From the sequence record PZ445428.1: 64,000 bases of DNA. The stretch is one strand, 5' to 3'. Source of the DNA: a phage. Every line of letters begins with the position of its first letter. Positions within the stretch are counted from its first letter, which is position 1. The translations under genes and the position numbers were made by a program. Shown piece after piece: positions 10,164 to 20,405 of the stretch. The notes below the pieces were generated by a model. The model ran no database searches. It worked only from the letters and a program-made list of their open reading frames with translations, and was not told the origin of the DNA.

Positions 10164-10220
10164 TTTTAGATGCCGTTGCCAAATTCGCAGACAAATGCGT
10201 TAAATCTTCGGCATCTAAAA
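10164..10220 (+). promoter_or_regulatory. 12-bp perfect inverted repeat enclosing the start of ORF 10220
   Basis: TTTTAGATGCCG (10164-10175) and CGGCATCTAAAA (10209-10220); right arm ends on the A of the ATG. Confidence 0.5.
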
Positions 10221-10588
10221 TGACTAAAGAACAATACTTAATAATGTGCGAGTCAATGGGTATCGAACCAGATCCTGATGTGATGCCTGTTGAACTCGAA
10301 GATTTTCCACCTATCGTATCTACTAGTATGCAAATTTATAACAGTCTCATTGATTGTTTCATACCGGGTGACTTTCCTATCTTTATAGGCAAAGACAAGG
10401 GTGCATTAGGTGTTTTATTTGATATCTATGGGATTACTGATCCGATAGAGAAAGAGTTCGTTCTACATATCATCAATATATTTGATTCGAAAGCAGTAGA
10501 CGCAGCTCGTAAGAGAGCCGAGAAACATGGGAAACAGAATGGTCGCACTCCGAACATTAAACCTCATGGAAGATCTCGAGCTCAGTAA
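10220..10588 (+). CDS. Hypothetical protein (tail assembly region)
   Basis: 122-aa ORF; ATG has no SD and lies inside a 12-bp inverted repeat; frame is open upstream from 10136. Confidence 0.3.
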   Translation: MTKEQYLIMCESMGIEPDPDVMPVELEDFPPIVSTSMQIYNSLIDCFIPGDFPIFIGKDKGALGVLFDIYGITDPIEKEFVLHIINIFDSKAVDAARKRAEKHGKQNGRTPNIKPHGRSRAQ

Positions 10589-10625
10589 AAGTTTCCTCCA
10601 ATGGGCGTTCCACGATGAGGCTTGG

Positions 10626-10656
10626 CTCTGGGTGATTTGCCCAGAGCCTTTTTTAT
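10626..10656 (+). terminator. Rho-independent terminator upstream of tape measure gene
   Basis: GGCTCTGGG-TGATTTG-CCCAGAGCC hairpin followed by TTTTTT. Confidence 0.65.
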
Positions 10657-10668
10657 TGGGAAAAATAA

Positions 10669-13600
10669 ATGACTGATAAGCTAATACGAGAACTACTGAT
10701 AGACGTAAAGCAGAAAGGGGCAACCCGTACTGCTAAATCTATTGAAAATGTTTCCAATGCGTTAGAGGATGCTGCTGCCGCTTCTGAACTGACTAATGAA
10801 CAGTTAGGAAAGATGCCCAAAACTCTTTATTCCATTGAGAGGGCGGCGGATAGAGCAGCAAAAAGTCTAACGAAGATGCAAGCAAACCGTGGTATGGCTA
10901 GTATAACTACTTCAATAACAAAAATTGGAGATAAGTTAGATGACTTAGCACTAGCAATGCTAGATGTTGCAGATAAAATGGAAAGTGGTTTTGACCACGT
11001 TGGTAAATCTGTAAAGGCTATGGGCAATGACGTAGCTTCTGCAACTGAAAAAGTTCAAGATAGGTTATACGATACAAATAGAGCCTTAGCAGGTACCTCT
11101 AGAGGCTTTAATGATACCACTACGGCAGCAGGACGCGCTAGCCGAGCAATCGGTAATACTTCTGGGTCAGCACGTGGCGCAACTCGTGACTTCGCAGCTA
11201 TGGCTAAAGTAGGAGGTGGTTTACCTCTAATGTATGCTGCAATCGCATCTAACGTGTTCGTTCTGCAATCTGCTTTCGAACAACTGAAGATGGGTGACCA
11301 GTTAAACCGTCTAGAGAAGTTTGGTACTATAGTTGGTACTCAGACGGGTACTCCAGTACAGACGTTGGCTAGATCTCTACAAGAAGCTGCTGGTTATGCA
11401 ATTTCTTTTGAAGAAGCAATGAGACAGGCATCTTCTGCTTCTGCATATGGTTTTGATGCAGAACAACTTAATAAGTTCGGTCTAGTAGCTCGTCGTGCTG
11501 CTGCTGTTCTTGGTGTAGATATGACTGATGCGCTTAACCGTGTAATCAAGGGTGTATCCAAACAAGAAATCGAACTTCTGGATGAGCTTGGTGTTACTAT
11601 TCGTCTTAATGATGCCTTCGCTGATTACGTTAAACAGCTTAATGCTGCTAACACTGGTATTACATATAATATTAATAGCCTTTCTTCCTTCCAGAAGCAA
11701 CAAGCATACGCTAACGCAGTAATCGCTGAATCTACTAAACGTTTCGGCTACCTGGACGACGTGCTTCGTGCAACTCCATGGGAACAGTTTGCTGCTAACG
11801 CTGATGCTGCCTTACGTAAGATTCAACAAGCTGCTGCTAAGTACCTTGGTCCAGTTATTGATTCTATTAACGCAGTATTCTATACTTCTCAAGCTTCTAT
11901 CTCTGCAACTGCGGCTAGGGCACAGGAGCAGACAAACAAATCGATTGATCCTAGTAACGTGGGTGCTGTAGCTCTTGGGCTCGAGGCATCAGAAGCTGGG
12001 TACAATAAGGCTCTCGATATGTATAGAGAATCTCTAGATAAGCGTAATAAGTTAAAGGCTGATCTAGATAAACGTATGCAGCAAGCTGACTTCTTTACCA
12101 CTGGTGCAATCCGCTCTGTGGCTCAAGGAGTTCCTTTAAGTGCTGCTGCATTGGGTGCTTCCGAGGAGAATAAGAAGTTTGTTGCTGATACCGCTGCAAT
12201 GGCATTACAAGTAGAACGTCTTGATAAGGAAGTTGCTGACTCTACAGATAACTTAGGAGCCTGGAAATCTGCGTATCAAGCTGCTGGAGCGGCTGCTGCT
12301 AAGGCAAATCCTGAGTTCCAAAAACAAATTAATCTGCAGAAAGATGCTAATGATCCGAGTGCAGTTTACGACTTCAATTCTGAAACTCTAAAAGGATTAA
12401 CGGAGCAGCAGAAAGCGTACAACCAGACTAAGAAAACTGCTAGTGACTTAGCAAATGATATTCAGAACATTGCTCAAAATACTAACACTGCTGCTAAGAC
12501 AAGTGCATCATTAGCTGATACAATTAAGACTATTGAATCGCTATCAGCTGGTACTGGTAAGAATGCTGATGAGTATGTTAAGAGCCTGAACTTAGGTTAT
12601 AATACTCTAAGTGAAATGAAAACTGCTTCCCAAGCACTTGCTGGGTACGTAAAACTAACTGGTGATGAAACTAAGAATCAGTTAGCTGTTCAGCAGAAGA
12701 TTGCCGAAGTATACAACCAGACTAAGGACAAAGAAAAGGCTCAGGAAGCTGGTAGACGTCTGGAAGTTCAACAGCTAGAAGAACAGGAAGCCGCACTTAA
12801 GCGTGTACTGGAAACTAACCAAGGTAATAAAGCAATTGAAAATGAGATTGCTAAAATCCAGTTAGAGAAGATCAAAATCGCTAACCAGAACATGGAAGCT
12901 CAGAAGAAGGTTAAGGATTATACGGATAAGATCCTTGGTGTCGATCGTGAAATTGCTCTGCTTAACAACCGTACTATGACGGATACTCAATATAAGTTAG
13001 CTCAGTTGAATCTTGAACTGACTATCGAGAAAGAGAAGTATGCGTGGTACTCTAAGCAGGTTGACAAACAGAAGGATGCTGAGCAATCAAGACGTGCTCA
13101 GGCACAGATTGAACGTGAAATCTGGAAGTTCCGTCAAGACCAGCAAATGGAAATGGCCAGTGGGCGCGAGAGAGCCTTAGGGATATCCCAAACCGAACGT
13201 AACGTTACTGGTGAATCTCAGCGTTTAACTGAACAGCAAGCTCTGTACCAAAGTCTACTGGAGATTACAAAAGGAAACGCACAAGCTCAGGAAGAGTATA
13301 AGCGTAAGATCCAAGAAACTTCGGCAGCTCTAGCACAACTCAAGATGCAACGTGATGCTCAAATGCAGCAATCTGTTACTTCTTCTGTTGGTGGCACTTA
13401 TACACCTACTACTGGACTGGAGGGTGATGATAAGGCCAATATGGATATGCAGAATAGAATGGCATCCTATGACCAGGCTATCTCTAAATTATCTGAGCTG
13501 AACTCTGAAGCAGCTGCAGTAGCACAAAGTATGGGTAATCTAACTAATGCTATGATTCAGTTCTCCCAAGGATCTCTGGATACCACATCTTTAGTAGCTG

Positions 13601-14349
13601 CTGGTATGCAAACTGTATCTTCAATGATTCAGTATAGTGTTGGTCAACAGGTAAGTGCGATTGATCAGGCTATTGCGGCAGAACAGAAGCGTGATGGTAA
13701 ATCAGAGGCATCTAAGGCTAAGATCAAGAAGTTAGAAGCTGAAAAGCTTAAGATCCAACAAGATGCAGCTAAGAAGCAAATCATCATCCAAACAGCAGTT
13801 GCAGTTATGCAGGCAGCTACTGCAGTACCTTATCCATTCTCTATCCCATTAATGGTGGCGGCTGGATTGGCAGGTGCTATGGCATTAGCTCAGGCGTCTT
13901 CCGCATCTGGTATGTCTAGTATTGGAGACACGGGTGGAGACACTGCTAGTTATTTAACTCTTGGTGAGCGCCAGAAGAACGTTGATGTTTCTATGTCGGC
14001 TAATGCTGGTGAATTATCCTACGTGCGGGGTGATCAAGGTATCGGCAATGCCAACTCCTTTGTCCCTCGTGCAGAAGGTGGTAATATGTACCCAGGAGTT
14101 AGTTACCAGATGGGTGAACATGGTACCGAGGTAATTACTCCTATGGTTCCCATGAAGGCTACTCCTGCTGATGAAGTTAAAGGCTCAGCTAGAGGATCAT
14201 CTGGTAGACCTATTGTACTGAACATCAATACAATGGATGCGGCGAGCTTCCGAGATTTTGCTTCGAGTAACAGTGCTGCGTTCAGGGATGCCGTGGAACA
14301 GGCTCTTAATGAGAATGGAACCACCCTGAAATCACTTGGTAATTCTTAA
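10669..14349 (+). CDS. Tape measure protein
   Basis: 1226 aa, long alpha-helical/coiled-coil Ala/Gln/Lys-rich body with hydrophobic segment near C-terminus; canonical position. Confidence 0.85.
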   Translation: MTDKLIRELLIDVKQKGATRTAKSIENVSNALEDAAAASELTNEQLGKMPKTLYSIERAADRAAKSLTKMQANRGMASITTSITKIGDKLDDLALAMLDVADKMESGFDHVGKSVKAMGNDVASATEKVQDRLYDTNRALAGTSRGFNDTTTAAGRASRAIGNTSGSARGATRDFAAMAKVGGGLPLMYAAIASNVFVLQSAFEQLKMGDQLNRLEKFGTIVGTQTGTPVQTLARSLQEAAGYAISFEEAMRQASSASAYGFDAEQLNKFGLVARRAAAVLGVDMTDALNRVIKGVSKQEIELLDELGVTIRLNDAFADYVKQLNAANTGITYNINSLSSFQKQQAYANAVIAESTKRFGYLDDVLRATPWEQFAANADAALRKIQQAAAKYLGPVIDSINAVFYTSQASISATAARAQEQTNKSIDPSNVGAVALGLEASEAGYNKALDMYRESLDKRNKLKADLDKRMQQADFFTTGAIRSVAQGVPLSAAALGASEENKKFVADTAAMALQVERLDKEVADSTDNLGAWKSAYQAAGAAAAKANPEFQKQINLQKDANDPSAVYDFNSETLKGLTEQQKAYNQTKKTASDLANDIQNIAQNTNTAAKTSASLADTIKTIESLSAGTGKNADEYVKSLNLGYNTLSEMKTASQALAGYVKLTGDETKNQLAVQQKIAEVYNQTKDKEKAQEAGRRLEVQQLEEQEAALKRVLETNQGNKAIENEIAKIQLEKIKIANQNMEAQKKVKDYTDKILGVDREIALLNNRTMTDTQYKLAQLNLELTIEKEKYAWYSKQVDKQKDAEQSRRAQAQIEREIWKFRQDQQMEMASGRERALGISQTERNVTGESQRLTEQQALYQSLLEITKGNAQAQEEYKRKIQETSAALAQLKMQRDAQMQQSVTSSVGGTYTPTTGLEGDDKANMDMQNRMASYDQAISKLSELNSEAAAVAQSMGNLTNAMIQFSQGSLDTTSLVAAGMQTVSSMIQYSVGQQVSAIDQAIAAEQKRDGKSEASKAKIKKLEAEKLKIQQDAAKKQIIIQTAVAVMQAATAVPYPFSIPLMVAAGLAGAMALAQASSASGMSSIGDTGGDTASYLTLGERQKNVDVSMSANAGELSYVRGDQGIGNANSFVPRAEGGNMYPGVSYQMGEHGTEVITPMVPMKATPADEVKGSARGSSGRPIVLNINTMDAASFRDFASSNSAAFRDAVEQALNENGTTLKSLGNS

Positions 14350-14353
14350 TATT

Positions 14354-14384
14354 GGAGGAGGACTTTATGTCCTCCTTTTCTTTA
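14354..14384 (+). terminator. Rho-independent terminator after tape measure gene
   Basis: GGAGGAC-TTTAT-GTCCTCC hairpin then TTTTCTTT. Confidence 0.6.
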
Positions 14385-14402
14385 TGGAAAAATAAAAATT
14401 TC

Positions 14403-14431
14403 TTGATAAAATTTTCCAATCCTATTATAAT
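14403..14431 (+). promoter_or_regulatory. Sigma70-type promoter upstream of distal tail protein gene
   Basis: TTGATA-17 nt-TATAAT, directly after terminator hairpin. Confidence 0.5.
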
Positions 14432-14457
14432 ATTGTTATTAAGAGGAGAAATTAACT

Positions 14458-15072
14458 ATGAGACTACCAGACCCATACACGAACCCAGAGCTATCAGGGT
14501 TAGGTTTTGAAAGCGTTAACTTAGTAGACAATGACCCTATGATTCGTGATGAATTACCTAATGGTAAAGTTAGGGAGGTTAAGGTGTCTGCTCAATATTG
14601 GGGTATTAATATCTCTTATCCAGAATTATTCCCAGATGAGTTTGCAAAATTAGACTCATTTATACTTGACTATAAAAGAAAGGGTGATTATATTGATGTT
14701 CTACTACCTCAATATGAAGCTTTTAGAGTACGTGGTGATACTAGTGCTGTGAATATTCCAGCAGGTCAAAAAGGTTCCACTGTTATGATGGATACTAAAG
14801 GAACACTACGTGGGCTACCAAAGCCAGGAGATTTATTTAAACTCTCCAATCATCCTAAAGTATATAAAATCACTTCTATCACTACAGCAGGCAACTCATG
14901 GCAACTGAGTATTTATCCTGATCTGTTCATTACTACTACAGGTAGTGAAAAGCCAGTATTCAATGGTATTTTATTCAGAACTAAGCTCATGAATGGGGAT
15001 AGTTTTGGCTCTACGTTAAATAATAACGGTACTTATTCTGGTATTTCACTTTCCTTGAGGGAAAGTCTATGA
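14458..15072 (+). CDS. Distal tail protein
   Basis: 204-aa ORF immediately after tape measure gene, own promoter and AGAGGAG RBS; synteny with T5-type tail tip. Confidence 0.55.
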   Translation: MRLPDPYTNPELSGLGFESVNLVDNDPMIRDELPNGKVREVKVSAQYWGINISYPELFPDEFAKLDSFILDYKRKGDYIDVLLPQYEAFRVRGDTSAVNIPAGQKGSTVMMDTKGTLRGLPKPGDLFKLSNHPKVYKITSITTAGNSWQLSIYPDLFITTTGSEKPVFNGILFRTKLMNGDSFGSTLNNNGTYSGISLSLRESL

Positions 15073-17918
15073 AGAAAATTCTTGACACAGCTAGAGAGTA
15101 TTTAAGATCACACAATAAAATAAAAACAGCGTGTCTTATTACTCTTGAGCTTCCTAGCTCTACTGGATCTAGTGCAGCTTACATATATCTAACTGATTAT
15201 TTCAGAGATGTTATGTATAATGGTATTCTATATACATCTGGTAAAGTTAAGTCTATTGCAACTCACAAACAAAACAGAGATCTTTCCATTGGTAGCCTTT
15301 CTTTTACTATTACGGGTACAGCAGAGGATGAAGTTTTAAAACTCGTTCAAAATGGTGTATCCTTCCTAGATAGATCTATATCTATTCATCAAGCTGTTAT
15401 TGATGAAGATGGTAACATTCTTCCAGTAGATCCAGATACTAATGGTCCTTTATTATACTTCCGTGGTAAGATTACTGGTGGAGGTATTAAAGATAATATT
15501 GGTACTTCAGGCATCAGTACCTCAGTAATTACATGGAATTGTTCAAACCAGTTCTATGACTTCGATAGAGTTAACGGTCGTTTTACTGATGATGCTGACC
15601 ATCGCGGATTAGAAATTGTTGCTGGTCAATTAGTTCCTTCTAATGGTGCTAAGCGTCCAGAGTATCAAGAGGATTATGGTTTCTTCCACGCTAATAAGAG
15701 TATCTCTATTCTTGCTAAGTATCAGGTGCAGGAAGAGAGATATAAACTGCAATCCAAGAAGAAATTATTTGGTCTATCAAGAAGTTATAGTCTTAAGAAG
15801 TATTATGAGACTGTAACTAAAGAAGTTGATCTTGATTTCAACCTTGCAGCTAAATTCCTTCCAGTAGTATATGGAGTTCAGAAAGTTCCTGGTATTCCAG
15901 TGTTTGCAGATACTGAACTACATAATCCAAATATTGTGTATGTAGTATACGCCTTTGCAGAAGGGGAGATTGACGGGTTCCTAGACTTCTACTTTGGCGA
16001 CGTTCCTATGATTTGTGTTGATCCAAATGATAGTAAAAACCGTACATGTTTTGGTACTAAAAAGACTGCTGGTGATACAATCCAACGTATTGCTTCTGGA
16101 TTGCCAGACTCTTCTCCTTCTATTCACGGACAGGAATATAAGTATAACGATGGTAATGGGGATATTAGGGTATGGACATTCCACGGTAAACCAGATCAAA
16201 CCGCAGCAGATGTTTTAGTAAACATTGCTAAAGAAAAAGGTTTCTATCTCCAGAACATGAATGAGAATGGCCCTGAATATTGGGATTCTCGTTATAAACT
16301 TCTAGATACTGCGTATGCTATTGTTCGTTTTACTATTAACGAAAACAGAACAGAAATTCCTGAGGTTAGTGCTGAGCTTCAAGGTAAGAAGATTAAGATC
16401 TACCATTCTGATGGTAAAGTAACTGCTGATCGTACTAGTTTAAACGGTATTTGGCAGACTCTTGACTACCTGACTTCAGATCGTTATGGTGCTAATATTA
16501 CTATTGACCAGTTTCCACTAAAACAACTAATTCAAGAGGCTGCTATTTTAGATATCATTGATGAGTCATATCAAGTATCTTGGCAACCTTATTGGAGATA
16601 CGTTGGATGGACAGATGCAATAGGTGAACATCGTCAGATAGTACAGATGAACACTATTTTAGATACTTCTGAATCTGTGTTTAAAAACGTACAAGGTTTA
16701 TTAGAATCTTTTGGTGGTGCGATAAATAACCTGTCAGGACAGTATCGTATAACTGTTGAAAAGTACTCCAATACTCCATTAGAGATTAACTTTATGGATA
16801 CTTATGGGGACTTAGAGTTGTCTGATACAACTGGTAGGAATAAGTTTAACTCTGTTCAGGCCTCTATCCTAGACCCTGCATTAAGTTGGAAAACCAACTC
16901 TATCACATTCTTTAACTCTATATTTAAAGAGCAGGATAAAGGATTAGATAAAAAGCTGCAACTATCCTTTGCAAACATTACTAACTACTACACTGCACGT
17001 AGTTTTGCTGATAGAGAACTTAAAAAGTCTCGTTACTCTCGAACTCTATCTTTCTCTCTACCATACCATTTCATTGGTATTGAACCTAACGATCCAATAG
17101 CATTTACTTATGACCGTTATGGGTGGAATAAGAAATACTTCCTAGTAGACGAGGTTGAGAACTCAAGAGAAGGCAAGATTAATATTACTCTACAAGAGTA
17201 CGGAGAAGATGTATTTATTAACTCCGAGCAGGTAGATAACAGTGGTAATGATATTCCTGATGTAAGTAATAACGTTCTGCCTCCAAGAGATTTTATTTAT
17301 ACGCCAACTCCTGGCGGTACTGTTGGAGCTATAGGTAAGAATGGTGAGTTATCTTGGCTTCCAAGTCTTACAAATAACGTTGTTTATTATTCTATTGTTC
17401 ATTCTGGCCATGCAGAACCGTATATCGTTCAGCAGTTAGAATCTAATCCAAATCTACGAATGATTCAAGAAATCATAGGAGAACCTGCTGGTTTAGCAGT
17501 ATTTGAGATTAGAGCAGTAGATATAAATGGTAGAAGAAGTTCTCCAGTAACTTTATCTGTAGAGCTTAATTCTGCTAAAAACTTAAGCGTTGTTAGTAAC
17601 TTTAGGGTAACTAATACAGCTTCAGGAGATGCATCGGAATTTGTAGGGCCAGATGTTAAATTGGCCTGGGATAGGATTCCAGAAGAGGACATTATTGATG
17701 GTATCTACTATACTCTCGAAATCTACGATAATCTAGATCGTTTATTAAGAAGTGTACGTATTGAGGATCAATATGTTTATGATTATCTACTGATATACAA
17801 TAAGGCAGACTATGCTTTGCTAAATGAAGATGCTCTTGGTATTAACAGGAAATTACGTTTCCGAATTAGAGCAGAAGGTGATAATGGCGAGCAATCTGTG
17901 GATTGGGCATCTATTTAA
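15069..17918 (+). CDS. Baseplate hub / tail-tip protein
   Basis: 949-aa ORF following distal tail protein; size and order match T5-type hub protein. Confidence 0.65.
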   Translation: MKKILDTAREYLRSHNKIKTACLITLELPSSTGSSAAYIYLTDYFRDVMYNGILYTSGKVKSIATHKQNRDLSIGSLSFTITGTAEDEVLKLVQNGVSFLDRSISIHQAVIDEDGNILPVDPDTNGPLLYFRGKITGGGIKDNIGTSGISTSVITWNCSNQFYDFDRVNGRFTDDADHRGLEIVAGQLVPSNGAKRPEYQEDYGFFHANKSISILAKYQVQEERYKLQSKKKLFGLSRSYSLKKYYETVTKEVDLDFNLAAKFLPVVYGVQKVPGIPVFADTELHNPNIVYVVYAFAEGEIDGFLDFYFGDVPMICVDPNDSKNRTCFGTKKTAGDTIQRIASGLPDSSPSIHGQEYKYNDGNGDIRVWTFHGKPDQTAADVLVNIAKEKGFYLQNMNENGPEYWDSRYKLLDTAYAIVRFTINENRTEIPEVSAELQGKKIKIYHSDGKVTADRTSLNGIWQTLDYLTSDRYGANITIDQFPLKQLIQEAAILDIIDESYQVSWQPYWRYVGWTDAIGEHRQIVQMNTILDTSESVFKNVQGLLESFGGAINNLSGQYRITVEKYSNTPLEINFMDTYGDLELSDTTGRNKFNSVQASILDPALSWKTNSITFFNSIFKEQDKGLDKKLQLSFANITNYYTARSFADRELKKSRYSRTLSFSLPYHFIGIEPNDPIAFTYDRYGWNKKYFLVDEVENSREGKINITLQEYGEDVFINSEQVDNSGNDIPDVSNNVLPPRDFIYTPTPGGTVGAIGKNGELSWLPSLTNNVVYYSIVHSGHAEPYIVQQLESNPNLRMIQEIIGEPAGLAVFEIRAVDINGRRSSPVTLSVELNSAKNLSVVSNFRVTNTASGDASEFVGPDVKLAWDRIPEEDIIDGIYYTLEIYDNLDRLLRSVRIEDQYVYDYLLIYNKADYALLNEDALGINRKLRFRIRAEGDNGEQSVDWASI

Positions 17919-19976
17919 ATGATTTCGAATAATGCACCAGCCAAGATGGTCTTAAATAGTATTATGACTGGATATACAATGGCGTATATCCAGCATTCTA
18001 TCTATACCGACTACGATGTTATCGGTAGATCATTCTGGCTAAAGATTGGGGAAGATATTGACAGACGTGACTATACCGGTGTCGATACTTTCTTTGTTAT
18101 GATTAATAACTTAACTCCCTCTTCCATTTATCAGGTTCAGGGAGCTTTCTATGACTCGATTATAGATGAAGAACTTCTTGAAGCGAAGATTGGTATTAAC
18201 CTCTCTAATGAAACTAATTTTAAAACAAAAGAGAGGCCAGTCATTGTTGCTGCAAGATCAGAATCAGAACCTGTTGACGTGGGTGTTGGTGCTCCAATAG
18301 TTGTTGTAGAAACTACTGGTGAAGCTAGTTACTGCACTATTGAGTTAAGAAGCACTGCATCAGAAGATAGTGAATGGGTTAAGTATTACATAGGTGCAAT
18401 GGGGGCTACTATTAAGTTTGGTGGTGTTCCTATTGGTGACTATAAGATTAGAATATCTGGCCAAGTAACTATGCCAGACGGTGTTACAGTAGACTCTTCA
18501 GGATACTATGAACTCCCTAGTATTCTTACTGTTGCATATAATTTCATTCCACCTACTGCTCCAACTAACATTACTTTCAAAGCTGCTAGAATTGCAGATG
18601 GTAAAGAACGTTATGATGTTAGGATTGAGTGGGATTGGCAAAAGGGTGGTGGTTCTAACGTTCGTGAGTTTCTAGTTACTTATATAGATTCTGCGGAATT
18701 TGCTAGAACTGGATGGGCTAAAGCTCAGAAAATAAACGTAGGTGCTGCGCAGGCTGCAACAATTGTTTCCTTCCCATGGAAAGTTGATCATACCTTCAAG
18801 GTAGCATCAATTGCCTGGGGTCCTGATAAACAAGACATTACAGAATCTGCTCCTGTAACGTTTATACTAAATGAAGATACTCCACTCGATAACAGCTTTG
18901 TTAATGAGACTGGTATCGAAGTTAACTATGCATACATTAAAGGTAAACTTAATGACAATGGTACGTGGAGACAGACTTTCTTAATTGATGCCGCAACTGG
19001 TGCTATTAACATTGGCCTATTAGATGAAGAGGGTAAAGCTCCAATTTCCTTTGACCCAATAAATCACGTTGTTAACGTTGATGGTAAAGTAATTACTAGA
19101 GATATTAATGCTGCAAACTTTATTATGACTAACCTGTCTGGTAAAGATAACCCTGCAATTTACACTCAAGGTAAATCTTGGGGAGATAATAACTCTGGTA
19201 TCTGGATGGGGATGGATAATGCCTCGGCCAAAGCAAAATTAGATATTGGTAACGCCACACAATGGATTCGTTATGACGGTGATGTACTGCGTATCTCTAG
19301 TGGAGTAGTTATTGGAACCCCTAATGGTGACGTTGACATTGGGACAGGTCTGCAAGGTAAGCAAACAGTATTTGTTTATAAGTTAGCAACCTCACTTCCA
19401 GCAAAACCATTAGAGCAAGATTACCCACCTCCCGGTTGGTCGAAAACTCCACCTAACCGTACAGATATGACTCAAAATATCTATGCGACTACAGGTACAC
19501 TTGATCCAGTTACTAATAAACTGCTTGCAGGTACTAGCTGGTCAGACGTGGTTCAATGGAGTGGTACTGAAGGTACCATCGGTCATGATGGTCAGCGTGG
19601 TCCTGGGATGTATTCCTTAGGAATTGCTGGATTGAGTGGGTGGAATGATGCTCAGGCTAACGCTTTCTTCCAAAATAACTTTGGAGGTCCTCCAGTTAAG
19701 TATGATGTATTGACTGAGTTTAATAGTAGTGCTCCACAAACTGCATTTACTCGTCAATGGAATGGCTCTAGTTGGGTTAGTCCTGCAATGGTGTTGCATG
19801 GAGACATGATTGTTAATGGCACGGTAACTGCTAGCAAGATTGTTGCGAATAATGCTTTCTTATCTCAGATTGGTGTTAACATCATTTATGATAGAAATGC
19901 TGCACTATCTGGAAACCCCGAGGCATACTACAAGATGAAGATAGACCTAAATAGTGGGTATATCCATATAAGGTAA
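17919..19976 (+). CDS. Tail-tip (central fibre) protein
   Basis: 685-aa ORF after hub gene; Gly/Thr/Asn-rich beta-like sequence; synteny. Confidence 0.5.
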   Translation: MISNNAPAKMVLNSIMTGYTMAYIQHSIYTDYDVIGRSFWLKIGEDIDRRDYTGVDTFFVMINNLTPSSIYQVQGAFYDSIIDEELLEAKIGINLSNETNFKTKERPVIVAARSESEPVDVGVGAPIVVVETTGEASYCTIELRSTASEDSEWVKYYIGAMGATIKFGGVPIGDYKIRISGQVTMPDGVTVDSSGYYELPSILTVAYNFIPPTAPTNITFKAARIADGKERYDVRIEWDWQKGGGSNVREFLVTYIDSAEFARTGWAKAQKINVGAAQAATIVSFPWKVDHTFKVASIAWGPDKQDITESAPVTFILNEDTPLDNSFVNETGIEVNYAYIKGKLNDNGTWRQTFLIDAATGAINIGLLDEEGKAPISFDPINHVVNVDGKVITRDINAANFIMTNLSGKDNPAIYTQGKSWGDNNSGIWMGMDNASAKAKLDIGNATQWIRYDGDVLRISSGVVIGTPNGDVDIGTGLQGKQTVFVYKLATSLPAKPLEQDYPPPGWSKTPPNRTDMTQNIYATTGTLDPVTNKLLAGTSWSDVVQWSGTEGTIGHDGQRGPGMYSLGIAGLSGWNDAQANAFFQNNFGGPPVKYDVLTEFNSSAPQTAFTRQWNGSSWVSPAMVLHGDMIVNGTVTASKIVANNAFLSQIGVNIIYDRNAALSGNPEAYYKMKIDLNSGYIHIR

Positions 19977-19982
19977 CAAATA

Positions 19983-20405
19983 ATGAGTACAGAAAATAGA
20001 GTTATTGATATTGTTGTTGATGAGAAAGTACCTTATGGTCTTATTATGCAGTTTATGGATGTTGATGATAGTGTCTATCCTCCAACTGAAGTTCCTGTAA
20101 ATTTAGAGGGCTACTCACTTCGTGGAACAATTAAATCTAGCCTTGATGAAAACGCCGAGATTCTAGCAAATTTTAAGGCTCGTGTAGTGGATGCCTCTCA
20201 GGGAGCCGCAGCGATTAGTCTTACTGTTGAAGATGTTACTAACATTGGTAACAAAGCATCTAAAGAACGTGATAAGTATAACCCAAGACAACGTTTCGCT
20301 GGTTATTACGACATTCTAATGACTCGTGATGTTATTGGCTCAGAAGTCAGCTCATTCCGTATCATGGAAGGTAAGATCTACATCAGCGATGGAGTAACTC
20401 AATAA
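19983..20405 (+). CDS. Collar/fibre-attachment protein (putative)
   Basis: 140-aa ORF immediately upstream of long tail fibre gene; synteny only. Confidence 0.4.
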   Translation: MSTENRVIDIVVDEKVPYGLIMQFMDVDDSVYPPTEVPVNLEGYSLRGTIKSSLDENAEILANFKARVVDASQGAAAISLTVEDVTNIGNKASKERDKYNPRQRFAGYYDILMTRDVIGSEVSSFRIMEGKIYISDGVTQ

